Below, in pieces: positions 13,701 through 26,400 of a stretch of DNA of 64,000 nucleotides (position 1 is the first letter of the stretch; every line of letters begins with the position of its first letter). The DNA comes from the human T2T-CHM13v2.0 reference genome, Homo sapiens: the NCBI RefSeq assembly GCF_009914755.1, contig NC_060947.1; one strand, written 5' to 3'. The notes under the pieces are model-generated. The model saw nothing but the letters and a program-made list of their open reading frames with translations. It searched no databases and had not been told where the DNA came from. A program made the position numbers and the translations under genes.

Positions 13701-16522
13701 AACCCCACCATTTGTTATTTTTTGTCTTTTTAATAATAGCTGTTCTGACTGGTGTGAGATAGTATCTCATTGTGCTTTTTATTTAAATCTCTGTGATTAG
13801 TGAAGTTAGTCATTTTCTCATGTGTTTACTGGTCACTTGTATGTATTTTTTTTTTTTTGAGAAGTGTGTGCTCATCTCCATTGCACACTTTTTAATGGAA
13901 TTGGGATTTTTTTCTTATTGATTTGTATGTCTGCCAGATTTTGGTATCAGGATGATACTAGTTTATAAAATGAATTATGGAGGAGTCTCTCCTCCTTGAT
14001 TTTTAGGAATAGTTTCAATAGGATTAGTACCAGCTTTTCTCTGTATATTTGCTGGAATTTGGCTGTGAATCCATCTGATTCAAGGCATTTTTTTCAGTTA
14101 AAAGCATTTTCTTACTGATTCAGTTGTATTACTTGTAATTTGTCTCCTCGGTATTGCTGTTTCTTTTTGGTTCAATCTTGGTAGGTTGCATGTTTCCAGG
14201 AATTTATTGATTTCCTCTAGATTTTATAATTTGTGTGCATAGAGATTTTCATAGTAGTCTCTGAGGAACTTTTTTATTTTTGTGCGATCAGTTGTAATGT
14301 CTCCTTTGTTATTTCTGATTGTGCTTATTTGAACCTTCTCTCTTTTATTTTGTTAATCTAGCTAGTAGTCTATCAACCTTGTTTAGCCTTTCAAAAAACT
14401 AACCTTTTGTTTTATAGTTCTTTGCATGGTTTTGGGGGGGCCACAACTTCATTTAGTTTTGCTCTGCTTTTAGTTATTCCTTTGATTTTGCTAGCTTTGG
14501 ATTCAGTTTTTTCATATTTTTCTAGTTCCTTTATGTGCAATCTTAGGTTATTAACTTGAGGTCTTTCTATCTTTTTCATGTAGGCATTTATTGCTATAAA
14601 CTTCTCTGCTAAAACTAATTTCACCATATTCCAGGGGATGTTGTGTGTTGTGTCTCTGTTTTTGTTTGTTTCAAGAAACTTTTTGATTTTTGCCTCATTT
14701 TTGTTTTTTAACCCAAAGCCATTCAGGAGTAAGTTGTTTAGTTTTCACAAATTTGTATAGCTTTGAGATTCCTCTTGGTGTTAATTTCCATTTTCAATCC
14801 AGTGTGATCTATGAAGATGCTTATTATGATTTCTATTTTTTGAATTTACCGAGAATTACTTTATGACCAAGCACATGGTCAGTCTTCAAGTTTCATGTGC
14901 AGATGAGAGGAATGTATATTCTGGGATTGTTGGGTGGAGTATTCCTTAGATGTCTATTAGGTCTAATTGTTAAAATGTCAAATTTAATTCCAGAATGTTT
15001 TGGTTAGTTTTCTGTCTCAATGATCTGTCTCCTATGGTCATTATGTTATTTAAGTCTTCCACAATTATTATGTGGCCATCAGTGTCTTTTATTAGGTCTA
15101 GATCTAATTGTTTTATAAATTTGGGTGCTCCAACATTGGATGCATATACATTTAGAGTAGACACATCTTTTTGAATTGAACTCTTTGTCATTATTTTATC
15201 TGATACAAGAATAGGAAGCCCTGCTCTTTTTTGTTTTCCACTTGCATTATAGTTTTTTCTCCATCCCATTACTTTGAACTTATAGGTGTCATTACATGAG
15301 AGATAGATCTCTTGCAGACAGAATAAGAATGCATTTTTAAAATTCAACTTGCCATTCTATTTCTTTTAAATGGGGGCATTTATTCTGTTTATGTTCTAAG
15401 TTAATATTGATATGTGAGGTTTTATTCCTGGCATAGTGTTGTTAGCTAATTACTTTGTAGTCTCAATTTGTAGTTGCCTTATAGGGTGCTTGGTATACGT
15501 GCTTATGTGTGTCTTTGTGGTAGGAAGTATCATTATTTTGTTTCCATGTTTAGAACTCCCCTAAGCAATGCTCGTAAGTCTGGTCTGGTGGTGACAAATT
15601 CTCTTAGTGATTGCTTATCTGAGAAAGACTTTATTTCACCTTCATTGATGAAGCTTATTTTTGCAGGATATGAAATTTTTGACTGGTATTGCTTTTTTTT
15701 AAGGATGCTAAAGATGGGCTTCCATTCTTGTCTATCACATAAGGTTACTGCTCGGTAACTTTAAAATTTATTTTTTTTTTGCATGAACCTTGGATAGTCT
15801 GGTGAATATATGTCTTGGGGATGGTCATCTCGTATAGTATCTCAGAGTAGTTCTCTGGATTTCTTGTATCTGCTCCTTGACCTTTCTAGCAAGACAGGGG
15901 ACATTTTCCTGAATTATATACTCAAATATATTCTTCAAGTTTCTTAATTTATCTTCTTCTCTCTCAAGAATGCCAATAAATAATATATTTTATTGCTTCA
16001 CATAATCCCATAAATCTTGAAAGCGTTATTTTTAAAATTCCTTTTTTAAAATTTTTGTCCTACTGGGTTGATTCAAAGTCTCAAATCAAGAATAAGATTT
16101 GTATATTCTAAATGTGTATGCACCCAACATGCATATACAGAGTGTGTGATCTCTGAAATTATTTTTTCTGCTTGTTCTGTTCTGTTGTTAAAGCTTCCTA
16201 AAGTATTTCAAAATTCCTGTAGTGAAATTTTCAATTCTAGAAGTTCTGTTTATTTATTTCTTTATATAGCTATGTTGTGTTTCAGATCTTGGATCATTTA
16301 TTTTTCTTTGTGTTTGGCTTCACCTTTCTCTTGGATCTAATTTAATTTCCTTGCCATCTATATTTTGAATTTTAAATCTGCCATTTCAGCCATTTCGTTC
16401 TGGTTAATATTTATTGCTTTGAAGCTAGTTGGATCCTTTGAAGGTGATAAAACATTCTGGATTTTTGTATTTCCAGAGTTCTTGCAGTGGCTCCTTCTGA
16501 CCTGAGAAAGTTGAAGCTTCCA

Positions 16523-16549
16523 AATAATAATAATAATAATAATAATAAT
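16523..16549. repeat. (AAT)9 microsatellite
   Basis: Read directly from the sequence. Confidence 0.9.
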
Positions 16550-17739
16550 TAAAAAAACATTATCATATAGATGGGGCTTCCTGAATTTTTATTCTTTTTA
16601 CCCTTGGGGATGTGACTATGATGTATATTGTGTATGATTAATTGGCTCTATTTCTGTGTGCTTTCAGGGTTCCAAGGTTTCATACTGATTTCTTGATTGT
16701 AGGTAAGTTCATGCAGTGGCTTTCTCAGATGTTGCTTGTTGTAACAATGTAATCATGTTTAATTGTGTAGGTTAGGCTGCAGTCCAGTAGGTGGCACTTA
16801 AGAGCAAGAGCCAGCAGGTAGAAATGGGTGCAGAGGCAATGGAGAGGTGTGAAAAGCTCCATTCCCCAGTGTGCATTAGCCTTCAGTGAGACCACTATAG
16901 AAACCTGAGAATGGGTCTCTTTTCAGTCCATGCGCCCTGGGCCCTGACAGGAAGAGCTGCTGCCAAATCCACAACAGTGCACTGAAGAGGGGGCAAGGGC
17001 AAGAGTTGACTTCCTCTCCACATCTGTTCCTGGGCCATGGTGGTGCGAACTTCAGCAGCCAGGTTCCCACATTTCCTTTGACTCAAGGGGGGCTTTGGCA
17101 AGCTGAATTACTCCCCTCACTTAGGGGCAGACCAGGCCAAGGGTTAGATCTCTGTTTCTGGATATTTTCAGTGGCAAAGAGTATGTATAAGTTTCTTGGT
17201 TATAGATAGCCTTTGTATGGAGGCTTTCTCAAATGCTGGTTGTAGTAGCAATGTCCTGGGTGTGTAAGCAGACTGAATACCTCCTGCGGGCCTGAGGTGA
17301 ACCTCAGGAAGGCACCTTTTTCCTGTGAGCCTCAGGAAGCTCATCTGGCTCCCACTGCTGTATGCTTATGTCAGGGGATTTCCCATTGTGTCCCACTATT
17401 CAACCTCTATACCAGTAGGTGGGTCTCATGGGTAATAGCGAGCTGTGGCCAATGAAGATGGGTATTTACTTGATTCTTGTTTACTGGGAGAAGCTCACTG
17501 TTGCCTCAGGCAATGGGCTGATTCATGGAGTTCACAGTGGTCTGAGGTCCCTGCACAGGCCTGGATGGGCAACCAGGATGTGGGGGGTGGTGGGGGTGGT
17601 GACCAGCCTGGACAGGTCTGCCTGCAAATCCCACAATGGCAGAAACAAAAACCACTTCCAGAGATGTGGGCAGTCAACTGGTGGCCAGCAAGCACCCAGA
17701 AGTGTGCCTATGTGTGAAACTGATAACCTTTCTCTGCCC

Positions 17740-18195
17740 AAATGCTTGGTGCAGGAAGGGGGTCAGCCTAAACTAATACAGAAGAGGTGGTGTTCTAGAT
17801 GCCTGGAAATCTGCCTGGACATTGATCATGGAGGGACCTGCTTCACCACAGTCTCTGCACAGGAAGGGTGAGGTGCCTCAGGCTACTGATCCAAGTAGGG
17901 GGGTGCTCCAAATGCCTGGAGATAAGCCTGGGCATGGAGCAGAGAGGACCCCACTTCACCACAATCTCTGCACAGAGAGAGTGGGATGGCTCAGCTGCTG
18001 ATTTAGGTGAGCAGGTGCTTCAAATGCCTGAATATTTGCTTGTACATGAAGTAGAAGAGGGCCCTGATGCACCATTATCTATGCATAGGAAGGGTGGGGT
18101 GACTCAGGAGGCTTTTCTGGTCAATAGGGTGCTCAAAATTGCTGAAGATATTCTTGGAGTGGAGAAGAGAGGGCCCCTTTGCACCATAATGTCAG
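17740..18195 (-). repeat. ~113-bp monomer x4 in the L1 5' UTR
   Basis: 'atgcctg' anchor at 17799, 17912 and 18024, degenerate copy ~18138; 'caccaca.tctctgcacag' also repeats. Confidence 0.8.
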
Positions 18196-18603
18196 TAAGA
18201 CACCCAACAATGACACATGCAGACAAGTCCCAGGCTGCCAAGCTGGCTTTGGCTGAGAGTCTTATTGCCAAGGAGAAACCACAGCTGCAGCAACTCTCTC
18301 CCCTCTCAAGACCTCTGATGGGGAAAAACGCAATTCCAGTACCTACTGCTGGGCAGTTTTCCATACTTGCCACCCAATTCTGGATATGGGGGCCCTTACC
18401 ATGCTTCAGAGTGAGCACTGTAATTTCTGGCATAAGACTGAAATGACTGCACAGCCACGTCGCTGGGTAGCCAAGGAATTACTCTCTTTGTATGAGCCTG
18501 GATTAAAAATGGCGTCCTCCTCTCAGTCCCAGTTTCTTCCCTTCTCAGCATCTCAAAGCCTTCCCCAAGTTAGCTCCAGGGCTTGGGAGAAAGTGTTTCC
18601 CTT

Positions 18604-19220
18604 CAACAGGCCCTGGTGTGTGATGTTCCCTACCCTGTGTTTGGGGGCGAGGGGAGGGAACTTAGAGGATGCGTCAATAGGTGCAGCAAACCACCATGGC
18701 ACATGTATACCTATGTAATAAGCCTGCACGTTCTACACATGTATCCTAGAACTTAAAGTAAAATTTAAAAAATTAAAAATAAAAATAAAAAAATAAAAAG
18801 TTATAGCCCAAGTTACATCTCCAGATAGGTCGCAGATGGAATATGGAGATAAACATAAAAATAAAATGTTAGAAGGAATAATAAAATGTTTTATTATTGT
18901 AAGTGAAAAAGAACACAAAACTCAGAAGTCATGTATAGAAACTGATTAATTTGACTGTACCAATTTTTTAAACTTTTAAATGACAAAATATATCAAAGAA
19001 ACCTAGATAAAACTTTTGTCACATTTATAATAATGTTCAGTGTTCCTAAAAATCAATAATTAAAAGACAACCCAAAAGAAAAAAAAGTGTGAAAAGAAAA
19101 TAAGCCAGCAACTCCTAGGAAAAATACAAACAGCCAAGAATCAATGGAAAGAAGCTCAATGTCCCAGTTAACCAGGAGATACAAATTAAGTGAACAAGAA
19201 AATTGTCGTTTTTTTTTTTT
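18604..19220 (+). mobile_element. Short 5'-inverted L1PA8-10-like 3' end plus ~420 bp of ancient L1ME-like sequence (candidate 3' transduction)
   Basis: Inverted 18604-18640, forward 18641-18800 with A-tail; flanking 'aaagtgtttccctt' (18590-18603) and 'aaaggacttccctt' (19221-19234). Confidence 0.65.
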
Positions 19221-19940
19221 AAAGGACTTCCCTTAGCCTGGATTGCACAGATCACTAGTGGAAAGGTAAGTCATAGAGGAAGACACTCTGCCCCTCTCAC
19301 TAACAAGGGGATCACTCACTTTTATCAGCTGAACACTGTCATGGGGGTTGTTTGTCCACTTTTTCCTCCCCAGAATCTGTGGTGTCCTTTGCTATGCCAG
19401 TGGATTCTCACTTTCTTTTTTGAATTAAAGCTTACAGAACTGATCTTTACGTAGTATTCTGCTATTTCCAAGCAGCTGAGGCACACTAAAAGCTTTTAAT
19501 CTGCTATCTTAAAAAAATACTGGAGACTTTTAGTTATCCTTGTGGAGTGTCATGTTTTCTTGCATTTTCATGTTTCTTCCCTCTTTATATTGGTATCTCT
19601 ACAACTAGTAGAATATTTGCTTTTTCCAGTTTAATGTAGTATATTTGTAGGGAGAGACTTTTTCCCATACATGGGTCCTGAGTTGTTGGTTGGTTAGGTT
19701 GCATTGACTTTATTTCTGGGTTGACTCAGCAGTGTTGTCTCTGTGCAATTTCTTCAGCTGTAATCCCGATCAACAAAGTCTGCAATTGCCTCAGTTGCCT
19801 ATGTTATGGTAGTTGGTGAAGGCAATGGCTAGTTTTGCTGTGGGTAGGGGCACCAGACTGGTTGTTGGGCCAGGTAGGTGCAGGCAGAGAGGGCAAAAGG
19901 GCCAGCTGTTTTTTGGGGAGGTAGGACTGCCCTCTTCTGG

Positions 19941-20668
19941 GACTCTGATGACATGAAAGTTATATTTTTTGTCATAGTCTCAAAAGTTCCTGAGAGTGTT
20001 CATTTTTTAATGTTTATTTTCTTGTTGCTGTTCATATTTATAATTTCTCTTGTTATTTTTTTCGAAATCACTATTTCCTCAAACTCATCCATTATGCAGC
20101 TGAGCTCAGCTACTGAAATATTCATTTTACTTATTGTGTTTCTCAGTTCTAAAATTTCCACTTGTTTCTACTTTATATTTTCTACTTTTTGAAACTTTCT
20201 GATTTTTTTCTGAGAATTCCTATTTCATCATTTATTTCAATCATGCTCACAATAACTCATTGCAGCATTTTTGTGGTTGCTTTAAAATTTTTGTCCGATA
20301 ATTCTAACATCTCTGTCATCTTGATGTTGGCATTTATTGATTTTAGTTTTTCATTTAATTTGAGATCATCCTGGTTCTTGATATAATGAGTGATTATTTG
20401 ATTGACGCTTATACATTTTAATATTTTGTTATGAGATACTGGATCTTATTTAGACCTTCTATTTAGCTGGGATTTTCTGACACCACTACAGCAGGAAAAG
20501 AGGGGAGCACTTTTCATTACTAAAAAGTAGAGATACAGATTTAGGTTCCCCACTTGGCTTCTACTGATACTTGAGTGGAGGGCTCCACATTACTACCTGG
20601 GGCACAGGTATTCTGGCTCCCCATACGATGTCCACTGACATTATGGAGGGATGCCCTCATTGCTGGCC
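19941..20668 (-). mobile_element. Ancient L1 ORF1/5' region fragment (L1MC/MD-like)
   Basis: T-rich antisense ORF1-type text 'ctgagctcagctactgaaatattcatttt...cagttctaaaatttccact'. Confidence 0.5.
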
Positions 20669-22730
20669 AAATCAGAAATGCAATCCCATTCACAATTGAC
20701 ACAACAAATGGAAAACCATTCCATGCTCATGGATGGGAAGAATCATTATATCTGAAATCTAGGCAGAGGTTCCCAAACCTCAATTCTTGACTTCTGTGCA
20801 CCTGCTGGCCCAATGCCACGTGGAAGCTGCCAAGGCTTGGGGCTTTCAACCTCTGAAACAACAGCCCAGGGTGTACCTTGGCCCCTTTTAGTCATGGCTG
20901 GAGTGGCTGGGACACAGGGCATCAAGTACCTAGACTGCACACAGGACAAGGACCCTGGGCTTGACCCATGAAACAATTTTCTCCTAGGCGTTTGGGCTTC
21001 TGATGGGAAGGGTTGCGTGAAGACCTCTGACATGCCCTGGAGACATTTTCCCTGTTGCCTTGGGGGTTAACATTCGGCTTCTCATTACTTATGCAAATTT
21101 CTGCAGCCAGCTTGAATTTCTCCTCAGAAAATGGATTTTTCTTTTCTATCATGCTGTAAGGCTGCAAATTTTTCAAACTTTTATGCTCTGCTGCCCTTAT
21201 AAAACCAAATGCCTTAAACAGGACCCAGGTCACATTTTTAATGCTTTGCTGCTTAAAAATTTCTTCTGTCAGATACCCTAAGTCATCCCTCTCAAGTTCT
21301 AAGTTCTACAAATCTCTAGGGCAGGGGCAAAATGCCTCCAGTCTCTTTGCTAAAACATAACAAGAGTCACCATTGCTCCGGTTCCCAACAAGTTCCTCAT
21401 CTCCATCTGAGACCACCTCAGCCTGGACTTTATTGTCCATATCATTCTGAGGCTTTTGGTCAAAGTCATTCAACAAGTCTCTAGGAAGTTCCAAACTTTC
21501 CCACATTTTTCTGTCTTTTTTTCTGAGCCCTTCAAATTGTTCCAATCTCTGCCTATTACTTAGTTCCAAAATCTCTTTCACATTTTTTGGTATGGCAGTG
21601 CCCCACTCTACTGGTACCAATTTACTGTATTCTTCCATTTTCATGCTGCTGATAAAGACATAACCCAAGACTAGGCAATTTACAACAGAAAGAGGTTTAA
21701 TTGGACTTACAGTTCCATGTGGCTGGGGAAGTCTCACAATCATGATGGAAGGCGAGGAGGAACAAGACACGTCTTACATGGATGGCAGCTAGCAAAGACA
21801 GCTTGTGCAGAACTGCTCCCCCGTGACCCCCACCATAAGAACCATTAAATCTCATGAGACGTACTCACTATCATGAGAACAGCACAGGAAAGACCTGCCC
21901 CCATGATTCAATTACCTCCAACCTACTCCCTCCCACAACACATGAGAATTCAAGATGAGATTTGGGTGAGGACACAGCCAAACCATATCAGCAATTTATA
22001 GATTCAATACTATTCCTATAAAACTACTATTGACATTCTTCACAGAACTAGAGAAAAACTGTTTTAAAATTCATGTGGAACCATAAAAGAGCCCGAATAG
22101 CCAGAGCAATCCTAAGCAAAAAGAACAAAGTAGGAGGCACCACACTACCCGGCTTCAAACTATACTACAGGGCTACAGTAACCAAACAGCATAATACTGG
22201 TACAAAAATAGACACATACACCAATGAAACAGAGCAGAGAACCCAGAAATAAGACTGCACATGTACAACTATCTGATCTTCAACAAACCTACAAAAAACA
22301 AGCAATAGGGAAAGGATTCCCTATTCAATAAAAGGTGCTGGGAGAACTGGCTAGCCATATGGAGATGATTGAAACTGGACCCCTTCCTTACACTATATAC
22401 AAAAATCAACTAAAAGTGGATTAAATACTTTAACGTAGAGCTCAAAACTGTAAAAACCCTGGAAGACAACCTAGGCAATACCATTTAGGACATAGGCACA
22501 GGCAAATATTTCATGACCAAGCACCAAAAGCAATTGCAACACAAGCAAAAATTGAGAAATGAAATCTAATTAAATTAAAGAGCTTCCGCACTGCAAAAGA
22601 AAGTATTAACAGAGTAAACAGACAACCTACAGAATAAGAGAAAATTTTTGCTCCTGGATTCATTGATTTTTTGAATGAACTTTTGTGTTTCTCTCTTCTT
22701 CAGTTTAGATCGAATAAGCTTGTTTCTTAA
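20669..22730 (+). mobile_element. L1PA ORF2 fragment interrupted by THE1, with a short minus-strand piece at its right end
   Basis: 'aatcccattcacaattg...ccatgctcatggatgggaagaatca' continues after the LTR as 'gcaatttatagattcaatac' up to ~22650. Confidence 0.8.
20747..21990 (-). mobile_element. THE1 (MaLR) element: 5' LTR 21626-21990 plus truncated internal region 20747-21625
   Basis: LTR reverse complement begins TGATATGGTTTGGCTGTGTCC; internal ORF remnant 'DRKMWESLELPRDLLN..QAEVVSDGDEELVGN..LAKRL.AFCPCPRDL'. Confidence 0.92.
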
Positions 22731-23418
22731 TGGATACCAACATATGGAGGTTCCTTTTAATCTCTGCTAATAGTCAACTAGTTAAAATATGGGAATCGTT
22801 CACAAAAGTATACTCACCACAGGTTTGAACATGTTAATAGTCACCATTATAAATATAATATCTGTAATTCTTGTTATACTGCTTAATAAAAATGTCAATA
22901 TTTATTTCATGTAGAAAAATACACTTAACACATGATGCTAGTGCTATTGTTGTATTGAAGAAATAACCAATGGAACATGTGACTTTTACTTCAGCAGGCA
23001 AATTTGTAATCTACAAGTTCCTCCTGTCGTTATTTTCCAAAGACGTACATTCTTCTATTATATATTTGGAAAGCATAGCAAATATATAATTGTGTATCAA
23101 GCACAATTGGGTAGCAATTACATATTAGCCACTCTTAATATAGTATTGAATTCACAGTGCATATGTATTATTGCAGGTTCTATTATTCTTTCATTTAATT
23201 GTTAATGGAAATGGAATTAAGAAATAATGCATGCTTGTTTTGACAGTGGCAGCTGTGATGATTAGTAAAATTGTAGTCAAGATAGATTTTATGGAAAAGC
23301 AATGAAATACACAATTACCTATTTCCTCAACTCAACCATTTTTTTTCTCGGATTGTTCTTCAGTGCTAGAATATCTTTACAGTGAAGTAGTGAAAATTGA
23401 TGTAGATATAAAACATTT

Positions 23419-26400
23419 TGCATCAGGCCATTTTTGCATTGCTATAAAGAAGTACCTGATACTGGCTGATTTATAAGAAAACAGGTTTAATTGGCTCACA
23501 GTTCTGCAGGCTGTACAGGAAGTGTAATGTCATCTGCTTCTTGAGAGGTCTCAGTGAGATTTTACTCATAGTGGAAGGTGAAACAGGAGCAGGCACCTCA
23601 ATGGCCAAAGCAGAAACAAGAGAAAGAGAGTGCACGAGGTGCCACACACTTTTTTTGTTTTATTTTTATTAAAATTATATTTTATTTTAAGTTCTGGGCA
23701 CATGTGCAGGATGTGCAGGTTTGTTACATAGGTAACCGAGTGCTATGGTGGTTTGCTGCACCCATCAACCCATCACCTAGGTATTAAGCCCAGCATGCAT
23801 TAGCTATTTTTCCTAATGCTCTCCCTGCCCCCACCACCCCCAAACAGGCCCCAGTGTGTGTTTTTTCCCCTCCCTGAGTCCATGTGTTCTCATTGTTCAG
23901 CTCTGTAAGTGAGAACAGTGTTTTGTTTTCCATTCCTGTGTTAGTTTGCTGAGGGTAATGGCTTCCGGCTCCATCCATGTCCCTGCAAAGGACATGATCT
24001 CAATCCTCTTTTTGGCTGCATAGTATTCCATGGTGTATATGTACCACATTTTCTTTATCCAGTCAATCATCGATGGGCTTTTGGGTTGATTTCATGTCTT
24101 TGTTATTGTCAATAGTGCTGCAATGTACATATGTGCATGTATGTACATATGTGCATGTATCTTTGTAATAGAATGATTTATATTCCTCTGGGTATATACA
24201 CAGTAATGGGATTGCTGGGTCAAATGGTATTTCTGGTTCAATTGCCACACTGTCTTCCACAATGATAAAACTAATTTACATTCCCACCAACAGAGTAAAA
24301 GCACTCGTATTTCTCTGCAGCTTCACTGTCATCTGTTGTTTCTTGACATTTTAATAATCGCCATTCAGATTGGTGTGAGATGGTATCTCACTGTTGTTTT
24401 GATTTGCATTTCTCTAATAATCAGTGATATTGAGCTTTTTTTCATATGTTTGTTGGTGAGATAAATGTCTTCTTTTGAGAAGTGTCTGTTCATGTCCTTT
24501 GCCCACTTTTTAATGGGGTTGTTTGTTTTTCACTTGTAAATTGGTTAAGTCCTGTGTAGATACTGGATATTAGACCTTTGTCAGATGGATAGATTGAAAA
24601 AAATTTCTGTTTGCTCTGATGAGAGTTTCTTTTGCTGTGCAGAAGCCCTTTAGTTTAATGAGAACCCATTTGTTGATTTTTGCTTTTGTTGTAATTGCTT
24701 TGACATTTTTATCATGAAACCTTTGCCCGTGACTATGTCCTGACTGGTATTGCCTAGATTTTCTTTTAGGGATTTTATAGTTTAGGGTTTTACATTTAAT
24801 TCTGTAATCCATCTTAATTATTGTGTAAGGTGTAAGACAGGGGTCCAGTTTTAATTTTATTCAGATACCTAGCCAGATCTCCCAGCACCATTTATTAAAC
24901 AGGGATTCCTTTCCCCATTGTTTGTTTTTGTCAGGTTTGTCAAAGATCACACAGTTGTAGTTGTGTGGTCTTATTTCTGAGTTCTCTATTGTGTTCCATT
25001 AGTCTATGTTTCTCTTTCTGTACCAGTACCATGCTATTTTGATTACTGTAGCCTTGTAGTTTAGTTTAAAACCAGGTAGTGTGATGCCTCCAGCTTTGTT
25101 CTTTTTGCTTTGGATTATCTTGGCTATACAAGCTCTTTTTTGGTTCCGTATGAATTTTAAAATAATTTCTTCTAATTCTGTGAAGAATGCCAATGGTGGT
25201 TTAATGAGAATAGCATTGAATCTATACATTACTTTGGGTAGTATGGCCATTTTCACGACATTACTTCTTCCTATCCATGAGCATGGAATGTTTTTCCATT
25301 TGTTTGTGTCCTCTCTGATTTCCTTGAGCAGTGGTTTGTAGTTCTCCTGGAAGAGGTTCTTCACTTCCCTTGTTGGCTGTATTCCTAGGTATTTTATTGT
25401 CTTTGTAGCAATTGTCAATGGGAATTTATACAACATTTGGCACTCTGCTTATCTGTTGTTGGTGTATAGGAATGCTTTGCACTTTGATTTTGTATCCTGA
25501 GACATTGCTGAAGTTGCTTATCAACTTAAGAAGCTTTTGAATGAGATGGTGAGGTTTTCTAGACATAGGATCATGTCATCTGCAAACAAAGACAATTTGA
25601 CTTTCTCTCTTCCTGTTTGAATACCCTTTATTTCTTTCTCTTGCCTGTTTGCCTTGGCCAGAACTCCCAAAACTATGTTGAATATGAGTGGTGAGCGAGG
25701 GCATCCTTTTCTTGTGCTAGTTTTCAAGGGAGATGTTTCCAGGTTTTGCATATTTCAGTATGATATTGGCTGTGGGTTTGCCATAAATGGCTCTTATTAT
25801 TTTGAGGTATGCTCCTTCAATACCTAGGTTATTGAGAGTTTTTAACATTAAGGGTGGTTGAAATGTATTGAAGGCCTTTTCTGTGTCTGTGGAGATAAAC
25901 ATATGATTTCTGTCTTTAGTTCTGTTTATGTGATGAATTACATTTATTGGTTTGCATATGTTGAACTAGCCTTGCATCCCTGGGAAGAAGCCGACTTGAT
26001 TGTGGTGGATAAGCCTTTTGATATGCTGCTGGGTTTGGTTCGCCAGTATTTTATTGAAGATTTTTGCATTGATGTTCATCAGGGATATTGGCCTGAAGTT
26101 TTTGTTGTTGTCGTAACTCTGCCAGGTTTTGGTATCAGGATGATGTTGAGCTCATAAAATGAGTTAGGGAGAAGTCCTTCCTTTTCAGTTGCTTGAAATA
26201 GTTTCAGAAGAAAGAGTATCAGCTCCTCTTTGTTCCTCTGGTAGACTACAGCTGTAAATCTGTCTGGTCCTAAGCATTCTTTTTTTGGTAGGCTTTTTAC
26301 TACTGTCTCAATTTCAGAACTTGTTATTGGTCTGTTCAGAGATTCAATTTATTCCTGGTTCAGCCTTGGGAGGGTGTATGTGTCCAGGAATGTATTATTT

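Larger units (their letters stand above)
13023..19517 (-). mobile_element. Near full-length, internally deleted L1PA15/16- or L1PB-like element
   Basis: 3' end 'ttttagattcaggtggtacatgtgc'; ORF2 EN remnant 14970..15347 (LQE..LNVYASN..DLN); long 5' UTR ending 'ctgctatctt'. Confidence 0.78.
9060..19940 (-). mobile_element. L1M/L1MA-type element (ORF2 to 5' region), split by the L1 at 13023-19517
   Basis: Antisense ORF2/ORF1 remnants (ORF 10326..10526 resembles L1 ORF2 'EEMDKFL'); host breaks at 'tttgggatctttta' (~13022) and resumes at 'tactggagac' (~19518). Confidence 0.7.

Noticed and set aside
17740-18195. Regularly spaced repeats as a CRISPR-like array
   Set aside because: Whole units are similar with no unique spacers; eukaryotic L1 context and no cas genes
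17419-18718. 150-192 aa ORFs with internal repeats
   Set aside because: They lie in the monomeric L1 5' UTR; peptide repeats simply mirror the DNA monomers
20746-21770. ORFs of 95-154 aa
   Set aside because: Frameshifted remnants of the THE1 internal ORF, not a host gene
22740-23418. AT-rich segment, continuing at ~30351-30590, as a decayed DNA transposon
   Set aside because: No terminal repeats or convincing transposase motif found by eye; needs a Dfam search
24123-24158. 18-bp tandem duplication (atgtacatatgtgcatgt x2)
   Set aside because: Ordinary slippage inside a dead L1
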